Shown: positions 20,457 through 29,875 of the stretch, piece by piece
Position numbering within the stretch: the first letter of the stretch is position 1
How the letters are laid out: each line of letters begins with the position of its first letter
Origin: a virus
Taxonomy: Duplodnaviria > Caudoviricetes
Direction: 5' to 3' (one strand)
Length of the DNA: 53,497 nucleotides
IMG/VR virus record: IMGVR_UViG_3300032295_001119
Coordinates: 1-53,497 of that record
Notes under the pieces: model-generated
What the model was told of the DNA's origin: nothing
Databases searched by the model: none
The model's input: the letters and a program-made list of their open reading frames with translations, nothing else
Position numbers and translations under genes: made by a program

Positions 20457-21854
20457 TTATTTGTTGCTATTAGCACGAACAGTAGCAAAATCAATTTCCT
20501 TGACTAGCTTACCATCACGGTAAACTTCCTCAAGAACTTCAGTCCAAGGACCAATTGCTTTATCGTACCAACCTTTGGGTTCATCTACACTAGTGACAAA
20601 CTCACCGCCTGACTTCCAAAGAGTAACACGACCTTTTTTGGACACTTTGCCTGAATCAGTGATTGGGTCTTTGAAAACATCAACCCATTCGCCGTTGACT
20701 TGTGCCGAACTACATTTCATGGCGAACTTCTGTGTGTCACGGTCAAGTTGTTGCAACAATGCACCACCCATACCGAATGCAAGGTTATCGGCACTCCAAC
20801 CATTCAAGTCAACTACAACACCGAGAATGCTACGGACACTCAATTGGTTGATACCATCACCCCAAAGCAAACGAACATTGTTCAATACTTTGTAACCTTT
20901 ACTGTTTGTAGTGTAGCCGAAGCCTTCACCTAAGATACGCATCATCTTTGGCAACACTTCAACTGGATCACCACTGTCTGGACGAATAACAACTGTAGCA
21001 CCACTGTCAATCACTTGTTGTTTCAACTCAGTGCCCCACATGCGGCATGCTTCGTAAATGTCGTAGCTGTCAGAGACAACTGCCAACAATGCACCTGGTA
21101 CACCAAACTGCTTGACCATGTTGTTGTAGGCTTTTACTTCACCTGCACGACCCCAAGAAGTAATTGTACTGTGCTCGGCAGCAGGTATTGAGAAACCAGC
21201 AATTCCAGCATTGTAATACTCACGAGCAAACAGCACACCCGAAATAGTGTCTGTTCCCATAAAGTTGACAAGATGGGCGGCCGATCCGATGCCAGCACTC
21301 TCCAGGCTACTAACACCCCGAGCGCCGAAATCATGCAACTTAAAATCAATAGTAGTGGGGTCACCTGACTTCTCCAAATATTCAGTGATGATGTTTTTAA
21401 CCATTTTGCTTTGGGTAGCGACAGTAGTAGGATACCAGATTGCGCGGAGCAATGCAGTCTCAAGCCAAGTAGTCAGCCAATAGCATTTCGGGTCAGTATT
21501 TTCAATTGTTGCAAGTACATTTTTGACAGGGACCATTGTTCCTTCGGGCACTGCTCTAATAACAACGGGGAGGTATCCATTATGGTTGTCAAGAATGTAC
21601 TGCCATCCTGCTCTGTTGAAGGGCTCACCGTGTGCGGTAAGTAACTCATCAGCAATTTCGATGTCTGCTTGAGTGATTGGTTCGAGAAGGTATTCTTTGA
21701 TAAAAGCCTGTAGTCCGAAGAATACAGTTCTATCGTAACGCCCACCTCGGCTTTCAATGTACGAATAAACACCTGTAGTGCCTGCTGGGTATTGTTTGAA
21801 CATCGACACTTTGTAGCTGTCAGTGTTGAGAATAATGTTTTTTGCGAGTTTCAT
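20457..21854 (-). CDS. nadV: Nicotinamide phosphoribosyltransferase
   Basis: TDSYK, LHDFGARG, AAEHS, VSDSYD, IRPDSG, GDG. Confidence 0.95.
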   Translation of the reverse strand: MKLAKNIILNTDSYKVSMFKQYPAGTTGVYSYIESRGGRYDRTVFFGLQAFIKEYLLEPITQADIEIADELLTAHGEPFNRAGWQYILDNHNGYLPVVIRAVPEGTMVPVKNVLATIENTDPKCYWLTTWLETALLRAIWYPTTVATQSKMVKNIITEYLEKSGDPTTIDFKLHDFGARGVSSLESAGIGSAAHLVNFMGTDTISGVLFAREYYNAGIAGFSIPAAEHSTITSWGRAGEVKAYNNMVKQFGVPGALLAVVSDSYDIYEACRMWGTELKQQVIDSGATVVIRPDSGDPVEVLPKMMRILGEGFGYTTNSKGYKVLNNVRLLWGDGINQLSVRSILGVVVDLNGWSADNLAFGMGGALLQQLDRDTQKFAMKCSSAQVNGEWVDVFKDPITDSGKVSKKGRVTLWKSGGEFVTSVDEPKGWYDKAIGPWTEVLEEVYRDGKLVKEIDFATVRANSNK

Positions 21855-21907
21855 AATAAAGTTCCTTTATTTAAATTGCCTTGCGTCTATCGCTAGGACT
21901 TGTTTAC

Positions 21908-21936
21908 AGTATAACATTAACCTATTTTAATGTCAA
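21908..21936 (-). promoter_or_regulatory. sigma70 promoter of nadV
   Basis: TTGACA-N17-TATACT. Confidence 0.8.
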
Positions 21937-22442
21937 CTGAATTCGACCAAAGTGACATTGCCACCTTCAGCCGAAACCCTTTCGGCGAACATCTCAATCA
22001 TCGGAATGATGATATCTTTGTCGCCACCTGCTAGCCCCATACCAATGTATGGTAAGCCAAATCTTTTACCTGGATATACAAATGCCAATTTTTCTAAAAT
22101 CAATTGAAAGGCAACGTACTCAAACACATCCGTACCTTTACTCATATCATACTGTGTGTAGGCATTGATAATAAGAAACGTTCCCTGGTCATACTCTGTC
22201 CAGTTGCCTAATTTCATAACTTCACCTGCTTCAGTAAGGCTATCGATTTCCGCACACAATGGATAGCGTTCACGGATCTCACGGGCAATACCACCGCCCA
22301 TTGTATTGAAACAATTACAGCCTTGCACTATAATGTCAAACTCACCTGCTTCTGCTAGGTCAATTAGATTACCTTTAACATGCTTCAACGCAGTCTTGGG
22401 AAAGTCAATTGGATTGTCTGTGTTCGTTACATGATATGTCAT
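21933..22442 (-). CDS. Macrodomain (ADP-ribose binding/hydrolase)
   Basis: GNLI, GCNC..MGGGIA, PYIGMGLAGG. Confidence 0.85.
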   Translation of the reverse strand: MTYHVTNTDNPIDFPKTALKHVKGNLIDLAEAGEFDIIVQGCNCFNTMGGGIAREIRERYPLCAEIDSLTEAGEVMKLGNWTEYDQGTFLIINAYTQYDMSKGTDVFEYVAFQLILEKLAFVYPGKRFGLPYIGMGLAGGDKDIIIPMIEMFAERVSAEGGNVTLVEFS

Positions 22443-22642
22443 TTTTCATCTCCCAGAGTTACGTCTGGAATCACTTCTGATTTTGCAGGTCGTCCTGGTT
22501 TCTTTGCGCCCCAAGGATTTGAATAAGGAGCACCTTCTGCTCTACCGCTTTGTCGGTAAGCGCCTTTTTGAATAACCCCACCATTGGCTAGAAAGTCGGC
22601 TATTGCTTTGTCCGTTCCTGTTACTATTGTTTCTTTTGTCAT
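22439..22642 (-). CDS. Hypothetical protein
   Basis: ORF in operon. Confidence 0.6.
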   Translation of the reverse strand: MTKETIVTGTDKAIADFLANGGVIQKGAYRQSGRAEGAPYSNPWGAKKPGRPAKSEVIPDVTLGDEK

Positions 22643-22643
22643 G

Positions 22644-23666
22644 TTAAGCTCCTAAAAAGTGTTGCAAAATTTCATAGTGATCCTCGAAACATTCTTCCGA
22701 TTTTACATCACTGATTGGTACCCAACGTGCTTTCTCAGCATCGTCATTTCCTTTTACTTTTGGCAGTTCGCCATCGGGCAATTCAATATGAAATGCATGA
22801 GTAATGATACGACCGCGCGGACTACGACCAATCGCATCAAAGACCTTGCTACGTTTGATGCTACCACGCAATACGGGCGCGGGTACTTTAATCATTGTTT
22901 CTTCACGTAATTCACGGATAGCCGCATCCTCTACTGACTTGTCAGTAGTTGCATTGACATAACCGCCGGGTAGTGCCCACAGACCTTTACCAGGCTCTGC
23001 TCTACGTTTAATCATTAGTACATGACCTGATTGAATGACTACACTATCAGCAGTACTAAAGATTGGGGGATAAGGAAGTGAGGCATATTGCTTTTTGTAG
23101 TTGGCAACAAACTCACGTTCACGAATAATTTGTTCGTACTCAGGTGTAGTGCGAAACTGTTCCAAGAAATCAAATGTAGTTTCAGGAACCACACCTTGAA
23201 TGAATTTCATGTTAACGTCACGCTTGAAATACAAGTCCCGAATGTCAACTGCACTCAAAAATTCAATGAGTCCTACATTCTCATATCCCCATTGAGGGAA
23301 CATATCGAGGTAGAAACTTGAATCATCTTTCTTGTGACCGATGATGCCAACACCGTCACCGCCAAGAACACGATATTTACTCACGATTCCTTGAACACGG
23401 ACAGCCCATGCTTGGTCGTTGTAAATTGTGTCAATGTTTTCTTCAACATATACCTGCATGTTAAGACCGCGGGTAGCGTTCTTAATCATTACTGCACGTT
23501 CGGCACTTGTGAAAGGGTTCTTATAAGTTCGGGGCTGTTTGCCAGAACCTGTGATAATGACCAATTGGTCAGTCAATGCTGTGGCGCGTTTGATAATCTC
23601 AAGGTGAGCATTGTGTAGTGGTTGAAAGCGTCCAATGAGGACAAGTGTGTCATACTTTTTTGACAT
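22644..23666 (-). CDS. nadM: Bifunctional NMN adenylyltransferase / ADP-ribose Nudix hydrolase
   Basis: GRFQPLHNAH and Nudix box GG...EDAAIRELREET. Confidence 0.93.
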   Translation of the reverse strand: MSKKYDTLVLIGRFQPLHNAHLEIIKRATALTDQLVIITGSGKQPRTYKNPFTSAERAVMIKNATRGLNMQVYVEENIDTIYNDQAWAVRVQGIVSKYRVLGGDGVGIIGHKKDDSSFYLDMFPQWGYENVGLIEFLSAVDIRDLYFKRDVNMKFIQGVVPETTFDFLEQFRTTPEYEQIIREREFVANYKKQYASLPYPPIFSTADSVVIQSGHVLMIKRRAEPGKGLWALPGGYVNATTDKSVEDAAIRELREETMIKVPAPVLRGSIKRSKVFDAIGRSPRGRIITHAFHIELPDGELPKVKGNDDAEKARWVPISDVKSEECFEDHYEILQHFLGA

Positions 23667-23758
23667 TCTAAACTCCTTAGAATAATTGTCTATGAACCGT
23701 CTATCAGTTCACATCTTTATTTATACATAGTATAGCATAAATGCTATTTTTTAGCAAG

Positions 23759-23786
23759 AAAAAAGAGCACCGAAGTGCCCTTTTTT
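23759..23786. terminator. Intrinsic terminator (possibly bidirectional)
   Basis: A-run GCAC-CGAA-GTGC T-run. Confidence 0.65.
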
Positions 23787-24858
23787 AATAACCTACTGGA
23801 CCTGTCTTTGGATTAGGCCATGCACCACTTTGTGCATTAAAAGTAGTTCCTGGTGGAGGACTTACTTTACCATCACTGTGTCGAGTCCAACCTGCCGGTG
23901 TACTCACATACTGATAGCGAGGATCGTAACCATCTTCGCTATGCATCTGACCCTTATCATAACCTTGCTCATAGTTAGTTTGATCGGTTGTAGTCCAGTA
24001 GTCACCTGTATCATACTCTTGACCAGTAAAACCATCAGTGTAGCCTTTGTAGAAAGCAGTAGAGCCAGTCTTGGATTCTACTTTCGGTGCCACATAAGTG
24101 TTGTTGGTTGCGTTAGATTGAACAGGCTTACTGAAAGCATTATCAATCTTGTCACCTTCGTTGCCGATTTCTCCGACAACTTCATAACGACATGCACGAC
24201 CCTTAGCATTGTTGTAGTCGCTAGGGATAGAGACCACATCAGCAGGATTAATCTTAACAATCACAACACGGCTGTCGTAACCATTACCAAAGTGAGGCAG
24301 ATAGTCTTGACTACAGAAGTGCAAACCAGTAGAACAAGTTTGGTCCTTGTTGTCGTCAACTTCATTGCGTTCCATTTCAACAACTTTACCAGGACTGTTG
24401 TCCATAGTGCCACTGTGAATGTCCAAATAGTCATTACGCACTTTCTTGTAAGCCAAGAAATGACCATCAGGAGTAATTGGCAAACTGTTCTTTTCCAAGA
24501 AACCGTAGAGTTCATCAACTGCACGTTTGCTTGGGTTAGTCATCAAGTTCTCCATGAAGTTGACCAGAGGCTCGATGGGAAACTCATCTTGCAACATAGC
24601 AATCATGCGAGTAGCCAGACCATTGTTCATGGGCTTGCCCTTCCAGAACAAAGTATCACCTTGAACACTCACGTTGCCTTTGCCATAGTTGAGAACAACT
24701 TGCTTAGGCTCAACCAAATCCTGAACCTTGTCCCAATCACCTGCCTTGATAGCATCAACTACCTTTTGATAGGTAATGTGAGACTTGGCAATAGTATGGG
24801 GCTTGTTGCCGATAACGACAGTTACGTTACTGCCTTGAAGAATAAACGGAAAACTCAT
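23785..24858 (-). CDS. rIIB: rIIB-like protein
   Basis: ITPDGHFLAYK.V...VEM.R..V.D....CS.GLH...P.DVVSIP.DY...K.R.C.Y.V; follows rIIA. Confidence 0.85.
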   Translation of the reverse strand: MSFPFILQGSNVTVVIGNKPHTIAKSHITYQKVVDAIKAGDWDKVQDLVEPKQVVLNYGKGNVSVQGDTLFWKGKPMNNGLATRMIAMLQDEFPIEPLVNFMENLMTNPSKRAVDELYGFLEKNSLPITPDGHFLAYKKVRNDYLDIHSGTMDNSPGKVVEMERNEVDDNKDQTCSTGLHFCSQDYLPHFGNGYDSRVVIVKINPADVVSIPSDYNNAKGRACRYEVVGEIGNEGDKIDNAFSKPVQSNATNNTYVAPKVESKTGSTAFYKGYTDGFTGQEYDTGDYWTTTDQTNYEQGYDKGQMHSEDGYDPRYQYVSTPAGWTRHSDGKVSPPPGTTFNAQSGAWPNPKTGPVGY

Positions 24859-24859
24859 T

Positions 24860-27022
24860 TTAAACACCTTTTGAAGAATCAATCAGATTAATATACTCAC
24901 CAACATTCATACCCTCTACGTTGTAACGGCTGATGCTTTTTAATAGAGGGTAGCGAACATAAATCGCTTCTGCCTCAGCCTTGTACTTATCAATCAGTGC
25001 AGTCGGATCGATTTTTGCTTGCGCTTCAACCTTGTACTGACGGCACAGATATTCCAAACTATGACGCTTGTTAGTGTTTTCTTCGGTCTTAACGTCCTTG
25101 AAAACATTGAACAACTTGACATATGGGCTGTGAGGATTAATCACAAACTTAACTGCATTATACTGATAAAGGTCTTTCCAGTCAATAGACTCTTTGACCA
25201 AACCCATGATATCCTTTTGACCCAACTGAGACAATTTGTCCTTAACGTGGTCATCGAGATTGATCCAGTTCTTTTGAGTTTGGATAAACTCAATGTCAGC
25301 CTTACGAACACCGTAGATAGTACCAATGAACAGACCAGCCTTGTTCAAGTGACTATGCAGATCCTTAACATCGGACATCACGCCCAAGTTCTGATAACCA
25401 CTCAAAGGCAAGTAGTAGTAAGTTTGCTTACTGTCAAACGAATCAGCCTTACCAGCATCACGCCATACCATAGGAGTCTGACGGCTCCAGCGACCACGTT
25501 GAGCACCTTCAGTCAAGTGCATAATGGTTACGTTCTTACCGATACCACCTGCACGTTCCTTCTCAAGTAGGTTGCTTGCCATGAAACGTTGTGCTTCGGG
25601 AGGACTAGACAATTCCTTAAAGAAAGCCTTAGTGTTAACAGATTTGTTCTTGTCAACCGCCTCGATCACATACACATTGGAATTGTGCTGTTCAAACTTA
25701 CTATTCTTCCAGTGATGCTTTGCACGTTCCAACGCACCAATCTTAGTGTCATTGGTAACAAAATACGTATCAGAGCTAACACGAATCTGCCATTCATCAT
25801 GGTAAACAGTACTACCATTTACATTGGTGTAAGTATGTGCCGCCTTTACACTAGAGCAGGTTGCATAACTACGGCTCTTGCTAAATGCACGAATCGAAAT
25901 GTTATACTTGTCTGCCAAATCCTTGACAGGGAAGTTAAACTGTTTCATTGCATTCCAACGATTCACACCTGGATCATACAAAGGAAACTTAGTATCAGCC
26001 GCATACTTAACGACAGCACCTTTGAACAAAGCACCTTCTTCATAACGCTTTTCCAAGTAGATAGCACGTTCCCACAAGTTAGTAATCTTGTCAGCCTCAG
26101 TAGCAATGTGAATTGCCAACTGTGTGTTCAATTGTTCCAACTTGGCCTTGATAGCGTTAATAGTCTGAGGGATGTATGACAGACCCTCACGTGAAGCTTG
26201 GAAGTCAAGTTCACCAATACCAAACTCCATCACCAGACCACATTGCAACAGACCTTGCAGAGGACCGATTGCTTGCTGTGCGTTAGGCACATCGATGGGG
26301 TACTTGATGTTACCCATGATAGCATAGCTACGATAACCTTCAGCATGATAATGCACACCAGGAGTGATGTTTGTTTCCTTGTACTCAGGGTCCTTGAATT
26401 TGAAATCAGCAGAACCTGAAATTACTGGACGCAGTTTGAAGTACTCATACACGTAGCGAGCCTCTTGACGGAACTTGTCAAAGTCGTAACGATCTTCCAC
26501 AGCAAAGCGAACCTCGACACCACTAGGGTCAGTGGTTTCTTCTTCCATCATCAATGCGATAGACGGAACACCTTGCTCATTAATGAAAGCCGTGTAGATA
26601 CCCTTGCGGCCATCCTTGACTGCGGTTACAGTGAAGTTATCAGTATAACTAAAAGGAGACTTAGAGCCGAGACCCAAAGCGCCGATGAAGGCATTGCTAT
26701 CAGTCTTAGTAGATTCAAAGTATGTTGTGTAAATGCTTGTAACTTGGTCATGAGAAAGTCCTGTACCGTAATCACGGATAGAGAAGAATGGTTCCAATGC
26801 ATTGGGTAGATGCACATCAAAGGGTGTGTCTTGCTTACCTGCGGCAGTGTGGCTGTCAACTGCATTACAAGACAGTTCACGGACGATTGCTCGGATCTTG
26901 TTAGCATACAGACCTGAGGACAGAATGTTGAAAGCCTTAGCAGAATTACGAATACGGAATTCGCCAACCTCGCCCACATTGGACAAGATTGCTTCGTTTT
27001 GGACTGCGCTGTGAAGTTTCAT
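24860..27022 (-). CDS. rIIA: rIIA-like protein (GHKL ATPase N-domain)
   Basis: LSSGLY.NK..A.VREL.CNA.D, RDYGTG, STK, IG.LGLGSKSPF. Confidence 0.88.
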   Translation of the reverse strand: MKLHSAVQNEAILSNVGEVGEFRIRNSAKAFNILSSGLYANKIRAIVRELSCNAVDSHTAAGKQDTPFDVHLPNALEPFFSIRDYGTGLSHDQVTSIYTTYFESTKTDSNAFIGALGLGSKSPFSYTDNFTVTAVKDGRKGIYTAFINEQGVPSIALMMEEETTDPSGVEVRFAVEDRYDFDKFRQEARYVYEYFKLRPVISGSADFKFKDPEYKETNITPGVHYHAEGYRSYAIMGNIKYPIDVPNAQQAIGPLQGLLQCGLVMEFGIGELDFQASREGLSYIPQTINAIKAKLEQLNTQLAIHIATEADKITNLWERAIYLEKRYEEGALFKGAVVKYAADTKFPLYDPGVNRWNAMKQFNFPVKDLADKYNISIRAFSKSRSYATCSSVKAAHTYTNVNGSTVYHDEWQIRVSSDTYFVTNDTKIGALERAKHHWKNSKFEQHNSNVYVIEAVDKNKSVNTKAFFKELSSPPEAQRFMASNLLEKERAGGIGKNVTIMHLTEGAQRGRWSRQTPMVWRDAGKADSFDSKQTYYYLPLSGYQNLGVMSDVKDLHSHLNKAGLFIGTIYGVRKADIEFIQTQKNWINLDDHVKDKLSQLGQKDIMGLVKESIDWKDLYQYNAVKFVINPHSPYVKLFNVFKDVKTEENTNKRHSLEYLCRQYKVEAQAKIDPTALIDKYKAEAEAIYVRYPLLKSISRYNVEGMNVGEYINLIDSSKGV

Positions 27023-27054
27023 TTTAGTGCCTGTGTTTCAGTGTCAATACAAGT

Positions 27055-27083
27055 ATTGTATCAGAGTTTGGATTTATTGTCAA
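27055..27083 (-). promoter_or_regulatory. sigma70 promoter of rIIA
   Basis: TTGACA-N17-TACAAT. Confidence 0.8.
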
Positions 27084-27295
27084 ATATAGAAGGGAGTGTC
27101 AAAGCCAAGGGCGTCATAAACACACTCACGGACTGCGGTGTCAGTAGCCTCACCGAAGTCTTCGGGAAAACGGTCAGCCAAACTACGGAGTTCAGCATAA
27201 ACTTGGGGCCAATCCATTTTGAGTACTTTAGCACTACGCACGATTGCGTCAACTGCATCATCACCAAACTCTGTGTACATTGCGTATTTGGACAT
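27080..27295 (-). CDS. Hypothetical protein
   Basis: Promoter at 27328-27356, AAGGA RBS. Confidence 0.7.
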   Translation of the reverse strand: MSKYAMYTEFGDDAVDAIVRSAKVLKMDWPQVYAELRSLADRFPEDFGEATDTAVRECVYDALGFDTPFYI

Positions 27296-27352
27296 TTTGT
27301 TTCCTTTAGTTAACTGTCTATGTAATGATTATATACCCAAACTCATTTATTG

Positions 27353-27583
27353 TCAACCTTTTTTGTTCAATTCTTTCAATGTTTCCTGATGCTCGGCCTT
27401 GCTCAGTTCCAACTCATAGACCATATGAATCAGGTAGAGTAACGCTATCACACAGACTCCGATGCCAATGTAATGCAAGGGCACAGCCATCAACAGGACG
27501 CTAGTTACGCTACCGGCGAGTACAGCCACACCGACCAGTTTGGCCACGTTAAGCAGGGCAGTTTGTTTAATAGAGAGTTTCAT
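27353..27583 (-). CDS. Small two-TM membrane protein
   Basis: Start MKLSIKQ after AAGGA. Confidence 0.65.
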   Translation of the reverse strand: MKLSIKQTALLNVAKLVGVAVLAGSVTSVLLMAVPLHYIGIGVCVIALLYLIHMVYELELSKAEHQETLKELNKKG

Positions 27584-27713
27584 TTTGAATTTCCTTGTTA
27601 AAAATTGCTTCGGTGAAGATAGTGCCACCGTATGCACTTTGAAAAGTGAGGGCTACTGCCTCAATATAGAACTGATATATGCGACCAGTTGGGGTAATCA
27701 GTGTGTACTTCAT
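27567..27713 (-). CDS. Small protein (48 aa), absent from ORF track
   Basis: MKYTLITPTGRIYQFY...; AAGGA RBS; promoter 27741-27769. Confidence 0.6.
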   Translation of the reverse strand: MKYTLITPTGRIYQFYIEAVALTFQSAYGGTIFTEAIFNKEIQNETLY

Positions 27714-27772
27714 ATCCAGTTCCTTATTGTCAATACAAGTATTGTATCAGGAAATGGATTTATTGTCAACCT

Positions 27773-28171
27773 TTACCAGAAGTGAGGTTCCACTGTAGGC
27801 TTATCCTTAAGAATCATAACGATTTCATCCTTCTCCGGATATACTAGATTCAAAAGTTCTAACTTTTCACGGCGTTGGCTATCTGACATTTGTATCCAGT
27901 TTTTTACTACTTCCTCGTTACCCCAAAGGATACCACGGCTCATAGTAGAACGAATCCAGGCTGTCAGTTTCTTCAACATGACAACCGTGTTAGCCGGGTG
28001 ACTATGTGTCATAGCAAGGAACATGTCGTTAGCTAACAATGCAGAATAAAAACTACCTGGTTCAAAACCATGAACCATGTAATTATAAATTGGGTCTAGA
28101 CATTCTTTGTCTACTTCCCAATCACTTGCACCACGTAGGATATGATTCCTGCTGTACTTTGAGATTTCCAT
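27773..28171 (-). CDS. Hypothetical protein
   Basis: ORF. Confidence 0.65.
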   Translation of the reverse strand: MEISKYSRNHILRGASDWEVDKECLDPIYNYMVHGFEPGSFYSALLANDMFLAMTHSHPANTVVMLKKLTAWIRSTMSRGILWGNEEVVKNWIQMSDSQRREKLELLNLVYPEKDEIVMILKDKPTVEPHFW

Positions 28172-28172
28172 A

Positions 28173-28421
28173 TCAACCGTGTTTTAGTATGTGGAATGTT
28201 AGATCAGGTCCACCGACAAGACAACATTGGCTTGTATACTTTAGCATACCTTCTTCTCGCCAACGTCCTGCACCAATCGGAACCACACGAACCTGTTTGG
28301 GTGTAATTTTAATTACCTTACCTACATACAGGGTATTGTGATGCGAAAATGCTACGTGGTCATCAGTTTTTACCTCACGTCCAAGAAGGTCTTTGTGTTC
28401 TTCGGCAGGCATACAATTCAT
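28173..28421 (-). CDS. Hypothetical protein
   Basis: ORF. Confidence 0.65.
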   Translation of the reverse strand: MNCMPAEEHKDLLGREVKTDDHVAFSHHNTLYVGKVIKITPKQVRVVPIGAGRWREEGMLKYTSQCCLVGGPDLTFHILKHG

Positions 28422-28588
28422 TTATCTTCCCACGAATCAAAGTCATTGCGGTGTTTTGGTCGGCGATGATACTGACCCTTCTTAGGTTTTTCAACCTTGT
28501 GTTTGAAGGGTAGGTCATCATCAAACAATGCCTTGTGGGCCCGATGTTTGGGTTGCTGAATCTTGAAGGAGATGATATCTTTTTTCAT
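28418..28588 (-). CDS. ArfA-like alternative ribosome rescue factor
   Basis: ALFDDDLPFKHKVEKPKKGQYHRRPKH aligns by eye with the ArfA core [28 protein letters not shown]; promoter 28598-28626. Confidence 0.65.
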   Translation of the reverse strand: MKKDIISFKIQQPKHRAHKALFDDDLPFKHKVEKPKKGQYHRRPKHRNDFDSWEDK

Positions 28589-28622
28589 GATGCATATAGT
28601 ATAGCACAACGACCATTTATTG

Positions 28623-28940
28623 TCAACTAATGGTCAATTCGATACGCTTGATGTTTTTGATAGTGAAGCTACGCCACTCACCTTTTTCCAAGTCAAAGAC
28701 ACGCAATGCCTTTGTACTGTCGGATTGCTTACGAGGCTTAGCATCTTCCTTGATAACAGCAGGAGGTAGCTTACTTGCTTCCAATGTACACTTCATTACA
28801 CGTTCAGTGCCATCTACCTTAGTGAACGTGATTTTAGCCTCTGTGGTTGGTAAGATACCTTTCAACCAATTGAAAATTTGTTTTTCCAACTTGTCATCAA
28901 TCTCAGCAGGAATAGAGGGTGCGGTAAATTCAGTTGTCAT
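28623..28940 (-). CDS. WYL_2/DUF2693-like SH3-fold protein
   Basis: FTKVDGTER.M.CTL...VFDLEK.EWRSF. Confidence 0.7.
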   Translation of the reverse strand: MTTEFTAPSIPAEIDDKLEKQIFNWLKGILPTTEAKITFTKVDGTERVMKCTLEASKLPPAVIKEDAKPRKQSDSTKALRVFDLEKGEWRSFTIKNIKRIELTIS

Positions 28941-28941
28941 T

Positions 28942-29244
28942 TTATTCTTTCCAAGGTGTGAAAAATGTTTCGATCTTTTTATCTTTAGACCAACTTTTAG
29001 TGTAATCATTATCAATGTCACACAAAGCCAATGCTTCTTTCTTTGATACTACACGATGGCTAACGATTGTTTCACCAAGGTGTTCTTGTGAAAATTCTTC
29101 TGCCTCATTCATAGTTACAGTGTCTAGTGCCCACAATGCTTTATCTTTTTCATAGTTGTCAGTACCAACTGGCACTTCAACTACATAACGCATACGAAAC
29201 ATAGAAACAGTTTCAACAAGAACCAATTGAGTTTTTTTACTCAT
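28942..29244 (-). CDS. Hypothetical phage protein
   Basis: ORF. Confidence 0.7.
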   Translation of the reverse strand: MSKKTQLVLVETVSMFRMRYVVEVPVGTDNYEKDKALWALDTVTMNEAEEFSQEHLGETIVSHRVVSKKEALALCDIDNDYTKSWSKDKKIETFFTPWKE

Positions 29245-29528
29245 GTTATCATCCTAATTAATCCAACAGTGTCAATAGTAGTCAGCAATAGATAGTTAGC
29301 CAACATGCCAAAAGATTTCCTAGTCCAACTAGCCCAAGCATACATAGCACAGCCAATGATCCAAATGGGATAAAGAGCAAGAAGCGGAGGGTTGGGGACT
29401 GTGAGTGCCATAGTAATACTGCAACCAATGCTAGTAGCCCAAGCAAGCAACTCAATAATAAAGCGAACTCGGTGAGATTTAAAGTCATCACGTATCCATT
29501 CTAATGTTCCTATTAATATTGAAATCAT
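29241..29528 (-). CDS. Membrane protein
   Basis: Three hydrophobic segments. Confidence 0.7.
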   Translation of the reverse strand: MISILIGTLEWIRDDFKSHRVRFIIELLAWATSIGCSITMALTVPNPPLLALYPIWIIGCAMYAWASWTRKSFGMLANYLLLTTIDTVGLIRMIT

Positions 29529-29875
29529 GGACGCTCAGTACAAGTCCGCTCTCGGTATACTCTACCATAAGTGGATTGAATTTCTCGCCACTCAGTACAT
29601 TCCACTACAGGAGGAGGTGTAGTAACAATGACTTCACGTGGACGATTCATTTGGTCAATGATGATAGCTGTACCAACACCACCGATGATAGCAGGAACAA
29701 CCCAATCGTTATTGTAGTAATGACGATGCGGATGCGGTCTAACTGGTCGTAACGGATAGTGATAGTGGTGATGTTGTTGAATATGTTGAGCATTTGGTCG
29801 ATGGTTATGCTGGGCTTGTGCTGGCAACACAATTGCCAAAAATGCAAAACCAACAATAGCGTAAATTTTATTCAT
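29525..29875 (-). CDS. Exported His-rich protein
   Basis: Signal peptide MNKIYAIVGFAFLAIVLPAQA. Confidence 0.65.
   Translation of the reverse strand: MNKIYAIVGFAFLAIVLPAQAQHNHRPNAQHIQQHHHYHYPLRPVRPHPHRHYYNNDWVVPAIIGGVGTAIIIDQMNRPREVIVTTPPPVVECTEWREIQSTYGRVYRERTCTERP

Noticed and set aside
23830-26809. Long + strand ORFs opposite rIIA/rIIB
   Set aside because: Shadows of well-supported minus-strand genes, with no motifs.
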